Below, one piece after another: positions 8,182-17,000 of a stretch of 52,003 bases of DNA (position 1 is the first letter of the stretch; the number at the start of each line of letters is the position of its first letter). The translations under genes and the position numbers were made by a program. A model generated the notes under the pieces. It saw only the letters and a program-made list of their open reading frames with translations, was not told the DNA's origin and searched no databases. Location of the stretch: positions 1 to 52,003 of the IMG/VR virus record IMGVR_UViG_3300015360_000006; one strand, 5' to 3'. The DNA is from a virus (taxonomy: Duplodnaviria > Caudoviricetes).

Positions 8182-8895
8182 ATGAACGTAAGACTTATCT
8201 CGGTAACGCAACCTTGCCCGTCGGACACAGGGCCAAAGACGGCGGAAGAACTTATCGTGCACATTGCGCGAGTGTCTAATCCGGCCAACCAAAACAACTT
8301 TGAAACCTCGGCGCGCCTGCTTGGTTACTGCATTCGCAAAGGCCATTGGTCAATCTTCGAGTCAGTCTCAATGACTGTCGAGATTGAAACCTCACGCGCC
8401 ATCGGTACGCAAATCTTGCGGCACCGTAGCTTCACGTTCCAAGAGTTCAGCCAAAGGTACAGCAGTAGTGATAAGCTGTGGGAAGGCTACTATGGCAAGA
8501 CCAATGATGACTTCTTCGAAAAGGTTCAGTTGCGTGAGAAGGGCTCAACCAACAGGCAAGGTAGCCTTGACAGGCAGCACGCCGACGCCATGGAACTTAA
8601 CGCTAAAGTTCGCGAACAACTGGCTAGTTGCTTTAGCTTGTACGCATCCCTTTTGCGAGATGGTGTTGCGCTAGAGTGCGCTCGAATGGTGCTGCCTTTG
8701 TGCACCTCTACTCGCATTTACATGACAGGCTCAGTGAGATCGTGGATCCACTATCTTGCACAGCGTCTGGCCGAAGGTACGCAGCTGGAACATCGCGAAG
8801 TGGCAACGCGAGTTGCCTCCATTTTCAAGGCTCAGTTTCCGCTGGTGGGCGAAGCTTGCCGCACTGAAGTCATCCCGGCGCACACTACGTTGTAA
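8182..8895 (+). CDS. thyX: Flavin-dependent thymidylate synthase
   Basis: GHWSIFE, ThyX motif RHRSFTFQEFSQRY, ECARMVLP, TQLEHR. Confidence 0.95.
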   Translation: MNVRLISVTQPCPSDTGPKTAEELIVHIARVSNPANQNNFETSARLLGYCIRKGHWSIFESVSMTVEIETSRAIGTQILRHRSFTFQEFSQRYSSSDKLWEGYYGKTNDDFFEKVQLREKGSTNRQGSLDRQHADAMELNAKVREQLASCFSLYASLLRDGVALECARMVLPLCTSTRIYMTGSVRSWIHYLAQRLAEGTQLEHREVATRVASIFKAQFPLVGEACRTEVIPAHTTL

Positions 8896-8896
8896 T

Positions 8897-9364
8897 ATGA
8901 TTGAACTAACTAAAGGTAACTTACTGGAGGCGCGTGTGGATGCGCAAGTAAACGCAGTGAACTGCGTGGGCGTCATGGGCGCAGGCATCGCACTGCAATT
9001 CAAGCAGGCTTACCCTCAGATGTTCCACGCCTACAAGATGGTGTGCAAAGCAGGCGAGGTGAAGCTTGGCAAGATGCAGGTGTTTTACCTAGGTGGGCCA
9101 CTGTTCGGCTACCCGCACTGGATAATCAATTTCCCGACCAAGCGTCACTGGCGCGCGGTTAGTCGGTTGGATGAAATTGAGGCTGGACTCAAGGATTTGG
9201 TGGCAACCGTGAAGCAGTTGAACATCCGCTCCATCGCCATTCCGGCACTCGGTTGTGGCAACGGCGGATTGGATTGGGGCGACGTGCTTCCTCGCATTGA
9301 GTGGGCGTTTGTGGAATTGCCTGATGTTCGAGTGATGCTGTTCTCACCGGAGGCAAAGCGATGA
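8897..9364 (+). CDS. Macrodomain ADP-ribosylhydrolase, DarG/TARG1-like
   Basis: GNLL...VNAVNCVGVMGAGIALQFK, IINFPTKRHW, IPALGCGNGGLDW; true start ATG 8897. Confidence 0.9.
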   Translation: MIELTKGNLLEARVDAQVNAVNCVGVMGAGIALQFKQAYPQMFHAYKMVCKAGEVKLGKMQVFYLGGPLFGYPHWIINFPTKRHWRAVSRLDEIEAGLKDLVATVKQLNIRSIAIPALGCGNGGLDWGDVLPRIEWAFVELPDVRVMLFSPEAKR

Positions 9365-9618
9365 GTAAACTTGAGCGATGGCAGAAGCCATTCAAAAACC
9401 TACCGAAGCAGGCTAGATTCATCGCCGTGGACATCCTTTACGGCAGATGTTACTGGTACGCTCGTCGGCCTAAACCGCTTGGGTATTGCTGGGGATTTAC
9501 TAAGCCCAGCACCTTGAAGTATTCACGTCTTGGCTTTATTAAACATCTCAAAGAACCGCGTGACTGGCGAACTGCCATCCGGGCGGTGCAACCCAGTGAA
9601 CGTGTTAAAACCAAATAA
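9361..9618 (+). CDS. Hypothetical basic protein
   Basis: ATGA overlap; P..A..IAVD..G...WY...P pattern. Confidence 0.65.
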   Translation: MSKLERWQKPFKNLPKQARFIAVDILYGRCYWYARRPKPLGYCWGFTKPSTLKYSRLGFIKHLKEPRDWRTAIRAVQPSERVKTK

Positions 9619-9633
9619 ACTTACTAACTCCCT

Positions 9634-9852
9634 ATGACAATCGAACAAGAGTTTCTCCCAGGCATTCGCACTTGGCTGATGTCAAACAATGTCCCGGTAG
9701 AGTGCAAACTATATCAAGTGTGCATTGTACTCACACAAGACAAAGCCACAAGTGTGCGCTACACACAACGCCAAGTAGCTTTTCCGTCACTTGATTTCCA
9801 TGTAACCGATATTGTTTACCTCACCAAACAGGAACTCCTAAACTCCCTATGA
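9634..9852 (+). CDS. Hypothetical protein
   Basis: 72-aa ORF in the operon. Confidence 0.6.
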   Translation: MTIEQEFLPGIRTWLMSNNVPVECKLYQVCIVLTQDKATSVRYTQRQVAFPSLDFHVTDIVYLTKQELLNSL

Positions 9853-9950
9853 CATCCATGACACCTGACCCAATGTGGTACTGCGGCCTCGCCCTCCTAA
9901 CTATGATCTGCGTCATCCTCTGGCGACGCATCGCTAGGAGGGGCAAATGA
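9849..9950 (+). CDS. Small single-TM peptide (33 aa)
   Basis: ATGA overlaps at both ends; MTSMTPDPMWYCGLALLTMICVILWRRIARRGK. Confidence 0.55.
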   Translation: MTSMTPDPMWYCGLALLTMICVILWRRIARRGK

Positions 9951-10360
9951 AATGCCCTGAGTGTGGAAGCGCCGGAATGAGTATTGTGGGTCAAATTCTC
10001 TTCAGTTGCGGGTCGACCATGCGCAAGGGAGCGACCGTTATAGATGTCTACGGAACTAGGTGCCACCTAGGGGCTATGCAAAAGCTGCGGACGAAACTTG
10101 TCAAGTTGTCCGATTACAGCCGCAACCTGAGAATAAGCAATGAAACTGCCACTAGGGCTATAGCGTCATTGGAAGCTGAGCTAAACACACACCCCACAGA
10201 CCTTGTTTCAATGGTCCGAATCGCTAACGAACGACATGAGGAAATTATGGAACTAAAAGCCAAACTCACCAACGCCGGTTCACACGCAGTCTCAATGGGC
10301 CAACGCATCCATGCACTCAAAGCAGAGGTAGTCAAGTTAAAGCAATCCAAAGAAATCTAA
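9947..10360 (+). CDS. Zn-ribbon plus coiled-coil hypothetical protein
   Basis: MKCPECGS...FSCGS...C then a coiled coil; AGGAGG RBS. Confidence 0.7.
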   Translation: MKCPECGSAGMSIVGQILFSCGSTMRKGATVIDVYGTRCHLGAMQKLRTKLVKLSDYSRNLRISNETATRAIASLEAELNTHPTDLVSMVRIANERHEEIMELKAKLTNAGSHAVSMGQRIHALKAEVVKLKQSKEI

Positions 10361-10891
10361 ATGAAATTCAACGAATACATTAAACTCGCACTGCGCACTG
10401 AGATCAAACTCAAAGACAATAAGGAGCGCAGGTTGCACGCGGTGCTGGGTCTCGCATCCGAGATCAACGAAGTACTCCACAGTATCACGAAATCAAATCG
10501 TATTGAGGAGATTGGTGATGTTGCGTGGTTCACCGCACTGTTGTGCGACTCGATCAACTACCCTGAGAGCTCAATGGATCAGCCAATCAGCGAACACTTT
10601 ACAGTGGACGAAGGTAATCTGACGTACATTGTCAGCCATTTGTGTGACGCAGTAAAGCGTGAATACATTTACGGTAAGGTACACGATAGGTGTCCTTACT
10701 CCATTGGCTGCTCAGATCTTCTTGGCTGGTTGCGAGTTTATGCAGCATTGGCAAACACTTCGCTTGAGGCCATCTGCGATCTCAACATCGAAAAGCTCCA
10801 ACTTCGCTACCCAACTCACTTCACAAACAAGGCATCAGACCTGCGCGACACGGAAGCTGAGGGAGCAATCTTCACTAAGCATTATGAATGA
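10361..10891 (+). CDS. MazG-like nucleotide pyrophosphohydrolase
   Basis: LGLASEINEV...EEIGDVAWF, NIEKLQLRYP. Confidence 0.85.
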   Translation: MKFNEYIKLALRTEIKLKDNKERRLHAVLGLASEINEVLHSITKSNRIEEIGDVAWFTALLCDSINYPESSMDQPISEHFTVDEGNLTYIVSHLCDAVKREYIYGKVHDRCPYSIGCSDLLGWLRVYAALANTSLEAICDLNIEKLQLRYPTHFTNKASDLRDTEAEGAIFTKHYE

Positions 10892-11066
10892 GCAAATGAG
10901 TTTGTTCGGAGGAGATGACAATCTACCTCCGGGTGTAACGCAGAAGGATCTGGACAACCACGGCGACGGGAAGGTTACCTGCACAGGTTGTCTTCGCTCG
11001 CGCTATCAGCACGATATGTTCGACGGACTGTGCCGCTGGTGTATCCCAATGTCAGAAAGGGACTAA
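10884..11066 (+). CDS. Small Zn-finger protein (60 aa)
   Basis: NLPPGVT..D..., CTGC...CRWC; coupled to both neighbours. Confidence 0.65.
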   Translation: MNEQMSLFGGDDNLPPGVTQKDLDNHGDGKVTCTGCLRSRYQHDMFDGLCRWCIPMSERD

Positions 11067-12052
11067 TGCACACTAATAGATTAAGGGCCATCACATGTTA
11101 CAAGCAAGCTGGCACACGCAGCTTCCGCCTCAGCGCGACGCAGTACTTCAATACCTACGGACTTAATCTACAAAATCCGGACAAAGAAACTCTGGATCAT
11201 CTGGAAGCCCCGGCCGGCCACGTCATAGTGCAAGCAGATCAAAGCGGCGCCGAAGCTTTGATTGTAGCTTATGACTCCGCGCCGGGGCGTTATCGTGCTC
11301 TGTTTGAAAACGGAGTCAAGCCGCACACTTACCTAGCGATGCAAATCTTTGCATCCTATTTTGGTCTGGCCGCCGACTCTCCGTTCTTGAACGAAGAAGT
11401 GGCAGAGTTTACTAAGCTGCCAAACTGGGCCGAGTTGCACAAGCGCATCAAAAAGTCGGGCAAGCCTTACGACATTGGCAAGCGGACGGCACACGGATCT
11501 TCTTACAAGATGGGTCCAATCACATTCCGTAATGCAAACATAAAGCAATCAAAGGGCAAGCTTGTATTGTCCATTGCAGAATGTCGTGCATTTCTGGATA
11601 TGTTCAAGCGTTTGTTTCCGGAAGTAGTTGCTTGGCAGGACAGTGTTGAAACTACACTTAGACGCGAGCGAAAGCTTGTCAACCACTTCGGCTACACAAG
11701 ATTGTTTACACGCGAGCTTACTGATTCTTATGTTCGCGAGGCAATCTCTTGGCGCCCGCAGTCCACGGTGGGTTGCATAACCCATCAAGCCATTCGTCGC
11801 GCACGCGTAGCGGGATATGCCACGTGCTCCAACAAGCATGATTCGGCCGCCGTAATGGTAACTTGCGAAGATGCAAGCACGGCAGCTGCTTTCATGCAGA
11901 ACGCTATGAGGGTAAAACTTCAAGGCCACGATTGCGAATTCACCATGAACTCAGAAGTACAGATTGGCTCGAATTGGGGAGCATACGATGCTGACACCAA
12001 TCCAACTGGTATGAGGGACTCTAATGAGTGGATCAAGGCATCCAATGAGTAA
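11066..12052 (+). CDS. polA: DNA polymerase A, C-terminal catalytic subunit (palm/fingers)
   Basis: QAGTRSFRLS, NLQNP, motif A ADQSGAE, motif B KRTAHGSSY, PQSTVG, motif C HDS; TAATG coupling. Confidence 0.9.
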   Translation: MHTNRLRAITCYKQAGTRSFRLSATQYFNTYGLNLQNPDKETLDHLEAPAGHVIVQADQSGAEALIVAYDSAPGRYRALFENGVKPHTYLAMQIFASYFGLAADSPFLNEEVAEFTKLPNWAELHKRIKKSGKPYDIGKRTAHGSSYKMGPITFRNANIKQSKGKLVLSIAECRAFLDMFKRLFPEVVAWQDSVETTLRRERKLVNHFGYTRLFTRELTDSYVREAISWRPQSTVGCITHQAIRRARVAGYATCSNKHDSAAVMVTCEDASTAAAFMQNAMRVKLQGHDCEFTMNSEVQIGSNWGAYDADTNPTGMRDSNEWIKASNE

Positions 12053-12269
12053 CCAACGAATTAAGCTGTCCATCACTACCGACTACTACGCCTTCATTGC
12101 GCGTTACGGATTGAAGCCCAATGGACTCTTAGTTTCCAGCAACGCCGAGCTAGCTCTCAATTCATTGGGACTAAAGCCCGGTGACATTTACATCGGCATG
12201 CGCATCGTCTCTGCGGAATTCGCAGAGGGTGATACAATCGTGGCTCTCCTTTCTACGAGTAATGAGTAA
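12045..12269 (+). CDS. Hypothetical protein
   Basis: ATGAGTAA overlaps at both ends; 74 aa. Confidence 0.65.
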   Translation: MSNQRIKLSITTDYYAFIARYGLKPNGLLVSSNAELALNSLGLKPGDIYIGMRIVSAEFAEGDTIVALLSTSNE

Positions 12270-13449
12270 CTTGGATCTATGGAAACTCTACACAAAACGA
12301 CTTCATGCACCGCGGCAATTTCTTGATGCAGCATTTTACTACACGATAGGCGCCGCACTTGAGCGCCGTGTATGGCTGGGCGCCGGCGGTGGCACAGTGT
12401 ATCCGAATCAATACATACTATTTTGCGCAGACGCGGGCGTCGGCAAAGGCTTGGCAACCGGTGCCGCCGAGCATGTCCTAGATTCTCTTGTCGATCCAAA
12501 GAATCCAACGCGTCCATTCATTACCAAAGGTCCGGACTCTGGATCTTATGAGGCACTGATTCATCGTCTGGCAGATTCGACCAGAAGCACTCGCTACATG
12601 AATGGCACTGTTGTAATGCCCTACATGTATGCGAGTTTGCGTTTGGAGCTAGACGAGCTAATGAGCTTCTTCCATGTAGAAGCTAACAACGCTGTTAAGT
12701 TCTTCTGCTCGATGTGGAGTGGCGTAGATTTTGACCGCGACACATTAAGCCGCGGCCACAAGCCACTCAGCCATCCGCTGCTTAACTTTCTGGCGGGCAC
12801 AACGCCGCAAGATATGAAGAAGCTACAACGATGCGACATCATGGGCACAGGCTTCGATCGTCGCATCATAATCATTTACGCAGACAAGAACGAGTTCGAG
12901 CAATTCTTGGTTCGAGACTTCTTGCCTGAGGAATTAGAAGCCGGATTGAAACTATGCAATCATGTGGAAAGGTTGAGCAAGGTATGCGGTAAACTAACAT
13001 TCTCCAGCGAAGCCAAGATTCTCGGCGAGCAGACTTGGATGAACTTGGCCAAGCGCAACGTGAATAATCACAAGTCGCTGCAATCATACAATGCCAACAA
13101 ATCACCTCAGTGGCAGAAGTATGCGATTGCAATGCACTTTGCAGAAGGTGATCCGGAAGAGCGGTTGCGCACGCCGATCGCAGCCAGCACATTAGAGCAA
13201 GCCATTACCAAGCTTCAATCGTACGAGCTATTCCGGCACTTCGCGTACGACCAGACGGACATCAATGAGTTGGCTATCGTGGCCCGCGAACTTAATAAGT
13301 GGTTGTCACGTGAAGGATCAAAAACACAGGCAGAGATTGCAAAAGCGTACTACGGTGCAGTAACACTGAAGCAACTCGACGAGGTGCTTCAATACTTGAT
13401 ACTGTCAGGCGGGATCAGTCAAAAGGAAGAAACATTCACAGCAATATAA
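12262..13449 (+). CDS. P-loop/AAA+ putative replicative helicase (DUF3987-like) with C-terminal winged helix
   Basis: Walker A ADAGVGKG, Walker B LELDEL, LAGTTP, GFDRR; C-terminal helix-turn-helix-like end. Confidence 0.65.
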   Translation: MSNLDLWKLYTKRLHAPRQFLDAAFYYTIGAALERRVWLGAGGGTVYPNQYILFCADAGVGKGLATGAAEHVLDSLVDPKNPTRPFITKGPDSGSYEALIHRLADSTRSTRYMNGTVVMPYMYASLRLELDELMSFFHVEANNAVKFFCSMWSGVDFDRDTLSRGHKPLSHPLLNFLAGTTPQDMKKLQRCDIMGTGFDRRIIIIYADKNEFEQFLVRDFLPEELEAGLKLCNHVERLSKVCGKLTFSSEAKILGEQTWMNLAKRNVNNHKSLQSYNANKSPQWQKYAIAMHFAEGDPEERLRTPIAASTLEQAITKLQSYELFRHFAYDQTDINELAIVARELNKWLSREGSKTQAEIAKAYYGAVTLKQLDEVLQYLILSGGISQKEETFTAI

Positions 13450-13452
13450 ATC

Positions 13453-13908
13453 ATGAGTAAAGTACTATCAAATAACAACGCGCAAAGGCGTAAGGAGCTC
13501 TTACGTCAAGCTGAGCAGTGCGTGTGCACTGATCGCAATTTAACTTACGGCGACGCGGAAGATAACTTCACAAGCATCGCCAAGTATTGGTCAGTGTATC
13601 TTGGCGTGCCAGTTACTGCCTTGGATGTAGGATCGTTGATGATCCTGTTCAAACTTGCACGCACTCAAAATATCCCAACACATCAAGACAGTTGGGTAGA
13701 CTTGATCGGTTATGCAACTTGTGCGGCAGGGATTGTTTTGAAACCTGTAATTTCTACAACGGGCCTTTTACATCAAGAGCCGCCGGGGCCGTCGTCGCCA
13801 GGCAGTTCAGGTACAACCAATCCCTTTTTAAATACACCCGGTTCAACGGGACTTTGGGGGCACGGCTCAATGCTAAATCAAGATCCGCGCCTTTTGCCCA
13901 CAAAATGA
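13453..13908 (+). CDS. DUF6378-type all-alpha nucleotide hydrolase-like protein
   Basis: DRNLTYGDAEDNFTSIAKYW...DV..MILFKLAR...DSWVDLIGYA. Confidence 0.75.
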   Translation: MSKVLSNNNAQRRKELLRQAEQCVCTDRNLTYGDAEDNFTSIAKYWSVYLGVPVTALDVGSLMILFKLARTQNIPTHQDSWVDLIGYATCAAGIVLKPVISTTGLLHQEPPGPSSPGSSGTTNPFLNTPGSTGLWGHGSMLNQDPRLLPTK

Positions 13909-14024
13909 CTGAACTATCATTGTCCGTCACACTGCGCTACGCAGTGATTGCACTGCTTCCACTGATCGGAGTGGTCATTGGAGCTTGGGTAGTTTTGGTA
14001 GCAAGCAAACGAAACAAGGAATAG
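13905..14024 (+). CDS. Small single-TM protein (39 aa)
   Basis: ATGA overlap; hydrophobic helix with a basic tail. Confidence 0.55.
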   Translation: MTELSLSVTLRYAVIALLPLIGVVIGAWVVLVASKRNKE

Positions 14025-14037
14025 AGTAGATAAAACG

Positions 14038-14065
14038 AAGCCCACCTTATGGTGGGCTTTTTTTT
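14038..14065. terminator. Terminator between the convergent arms
   Basis: AAGCCCACC-ttat-GGTGGGCTT followed by a T-run. Confidence 0.9.
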
Positions 14066-14077
14066 ATGTCGATTTAC

Positions 14078-17000
14078 TTATTGTTTGAAGTACGCTCGGC
14101 GTCTCTCGGCCAACACCAGATCGCGCAAGTAGCGCTCACGCAAAGCTTTCACACTATCTTTGCCTTGCGTAGCTTCTACAAACTTCATGTGATCCCTGAA
14201 CTCCTTAGGATCATTATCCTTGGATGGCACATAGCTTATCCGGCTTGCGGCCGCGCTTGCAAATGCCTTTGTGCGATCACCACTGTTAGGCATCTTGCGG
14301 ATCTTGGACTTCAACTCACTAGCCTTTTCCATCATCTCAGGCTTTTTGCGTGTGCGCTCCATGTCGCGCTCCTCTGCCTTGCTGTAATCAATAGGCATGT
14401 CAGGCGCCTCACGAATATCCTGATCGCGCAAACGCTTGCTAACACGCAGGTCACGGCGCGAGTTGGCGTCTTTCAGATCCTCGCCAGCACCTTCGAGTAA
14501 ACCTGTACGACCTCCCACACCCTTCACGAAACGTGCGAAGCTAACCTGCCCGTCAGCCAGATCATTGGCAAATGCCGAAACCACAGTCAGCGGATCTTGG
14601 CCCTCTGCGATAGCTCTGGCCGCCGCGATTGCGCGCGGAATAACCTCGGACCCAAGCTCATAGGCTGGCATCGTAGGCGTTTGCGGTTTGTCCTTGGCTG
14701 CAACTTGAAGGGCCATGTTACCAATCTCCATCATGATGCCGCCCGTACCTGTGAGTTGCGCAAGATTACCGAGATAGCGCACACCTTCTTGATACTTAGC
14801 CGAACCTTCCGGCGCGGCGAGCATCTCGTCAATGTTAGCAATCCGAGACTTGCGACCGCTCATCGATTCGCGAATCTCTTTCACGGCAACGCCGCCAATC
14901 ATGCCCGACACAATCATCGTGATCAGCGGTGCGTAGTTTCCGGTGCGCGCAGGCTTAATTGCGAACTCTCGGAAGTTATTCCACTGCTCAATGTTCCAAC
15001 GCGACAGCGAGAAGAACGGCGCCGCCGGCGAATCGCTGAGCCATTTAGGCAAGTTGGTCGCATCATACTTACCCTGAAACAGCTGACCGATGCGTGTTCC
15101 CATTTCAGCCTCGGGCAACTTGCGCCAATTAGATGCAACGCGATCGAGGAAAGCCGTGGACTTCACGTCGCCCGCAAGAGCCAACGCATTGTTAACACGG
15201 AAGATATACTCTCCGCTGTTCTGCGCCAGCCCGCGCCCAAGATGCTCAAGCTTCTCGGAGCCGGTGTACTTGGTAATCGTGCGGGAAGTTTTGTCCAGCC
15301 AATTTGTAAATGACTCGCCCGCGCCAAGGACTTCGCCAACAACAGTGTTGCCGCCAGACTTAACCCAACCAGTGTCGTGCGCGCGACTGATTGACGAATT
15401 AAGGTTCCTAAGATTGCCGATCAATCCGGCAATCTGCGTAGGCTTAACATAACCAAGAGCCTTGAAAGGGCTAGTGGCAACGTCAACCATACGTGTGATA
15501 GGATTGGCCAGCCACAACGTGGAAGCCAATCGGCCAACAGATCTCGTAATAGTATCCTGCTTCTGCGCACCGACGCCAGAAGCCTCGTTCAACAAGAACT
15601 TGATATTGTCATCACCTGCGACTGGAACATCCTTGAATGTCACGGGTGTGGATTTGCCCTTGGTGAAATACTCCGACTGGCCCAGAGCAGTCATGGCGCG
15701 ATCGTCAGAGCGGATCGTATCAAAGAACGTGCGCGACTTAGACCAACTGCGCACATACTGATTCATCGCCGCCACAACGTCAGAGTGCATCCAGTGTCCG
15801 GGCAACTTGGATCCGGAGGGCAATCCAACTGAGCCGAAGTTGAACTTGTCGTCAACTGCCGTGCGCCCGATGTCCGTCACATAGCGCTCAAACAATTGCG
15901 TCGCCTCACCTTCAGCAACAGTTTTGGTCAGCTTGCGCGAACGCATGAGCGAACGCGTGTTGTAATCAATGAACTCATCGCGCAATGCCTTATAGCGTGG
16001 CGAGTCGATCTCACTGTTAAGCGTCTTGCGCACAGAAGGATCGATCACATTGGGGAAGTAAAACGGATCCATCCTGGGCATGGAGCCATCTTCGCGAGGA
16101 TGATTGGCGGCAAGCTGATCGACGCGCATTTGCTTCAACGTAACGCGTACATCATTGTACGCCCCACGCAAACGCGCCGGAACGGTGGCCGCTCCAGAGA
16201 CTGAATTGAAATCCTCGTCGACCATGATTCGATTCAGGACATCACGATCCTTGGTGTTGAGCTTCTCAAATGTGTCAGGCAACGTGCGGTACTTACCTTG
16301 CATTGCGCGCTGCGCAGGGAAAAGCTCGGAAAGCTTATCGCCGACGTAGCGCACGGTAGGATTAGAAGAACGCGCAGCAGCTTGAGTGGCCGATTCAAAC
16401 ACAGAAGTGCTGATACGCGAAGGTGCTTCAGGCAAATCGCCATAGGTTTTGTCAGAGCGATTGGGTCCAAACTCTTGGTATTTGGGGCGCTCTTCGCCGG
16501 CGAGCTTTGCCTCAATGCGGCGATTCTCCAAGTCTGCCGGAGATTCGGCTGCGGCAGCTTTGTTAGCCTTGGCAATACGTGCATTGGCAGGAATTGACTC
16601 ACCACTATACTTAAGCAGATCATCGCGCTCACGTTTAACTTGAGCAAGCTCTTCACGAGCACGCTGCAAGTCACCACCGCGATCGGGCTCGCTGCGATTC
16701 AGTGGCTCATGGCCAAGCAACTTGCGCTCTGCGGCGGCGGGCTTGGCTAACTTTTTGCCCACACTGAATGGCTCCACATCAGGGTAAAAGTATGGATCTG
16801 GCTCCCCTACTCTAACTGGAGCTTCCTCTTCCGCAACGGATGGAGCTTTCTCTTCTGCAATAGGCAAAGCTTTTCGCTCTGGCGGCTCCGCCGCGGGGAC
16901 AGCCTCGGGAACGATAGTATCCGCCTGTGCGGGTTGCTCTGGCGTCGTGGCTTCGAGGCGAGTCGAACCGTCCGGTGCCGCTGGCACCGGATCGTCGGTT

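Noticed and set aside
1642-10764. Intragenic GG-N10-GC matches at about 1643 (TGGCAGCTATGCTGC) and 10748 (TTGGCAAACACTTCGC)
   Set aside because: Inside coding sequence with weaker -24 elements; compatible with chance
6416-11066. Intron or split intein joining the polymerase halves
   Set aside because: The interval is filled with ordinary genes; no intein terminal motifs, homing endonuclease or group I core seen
10361-13908. Z-genome or other base-substitution pathway
   Set aside because: No PurZ, hydroxymethylase or queuosine-pathway genes recognised
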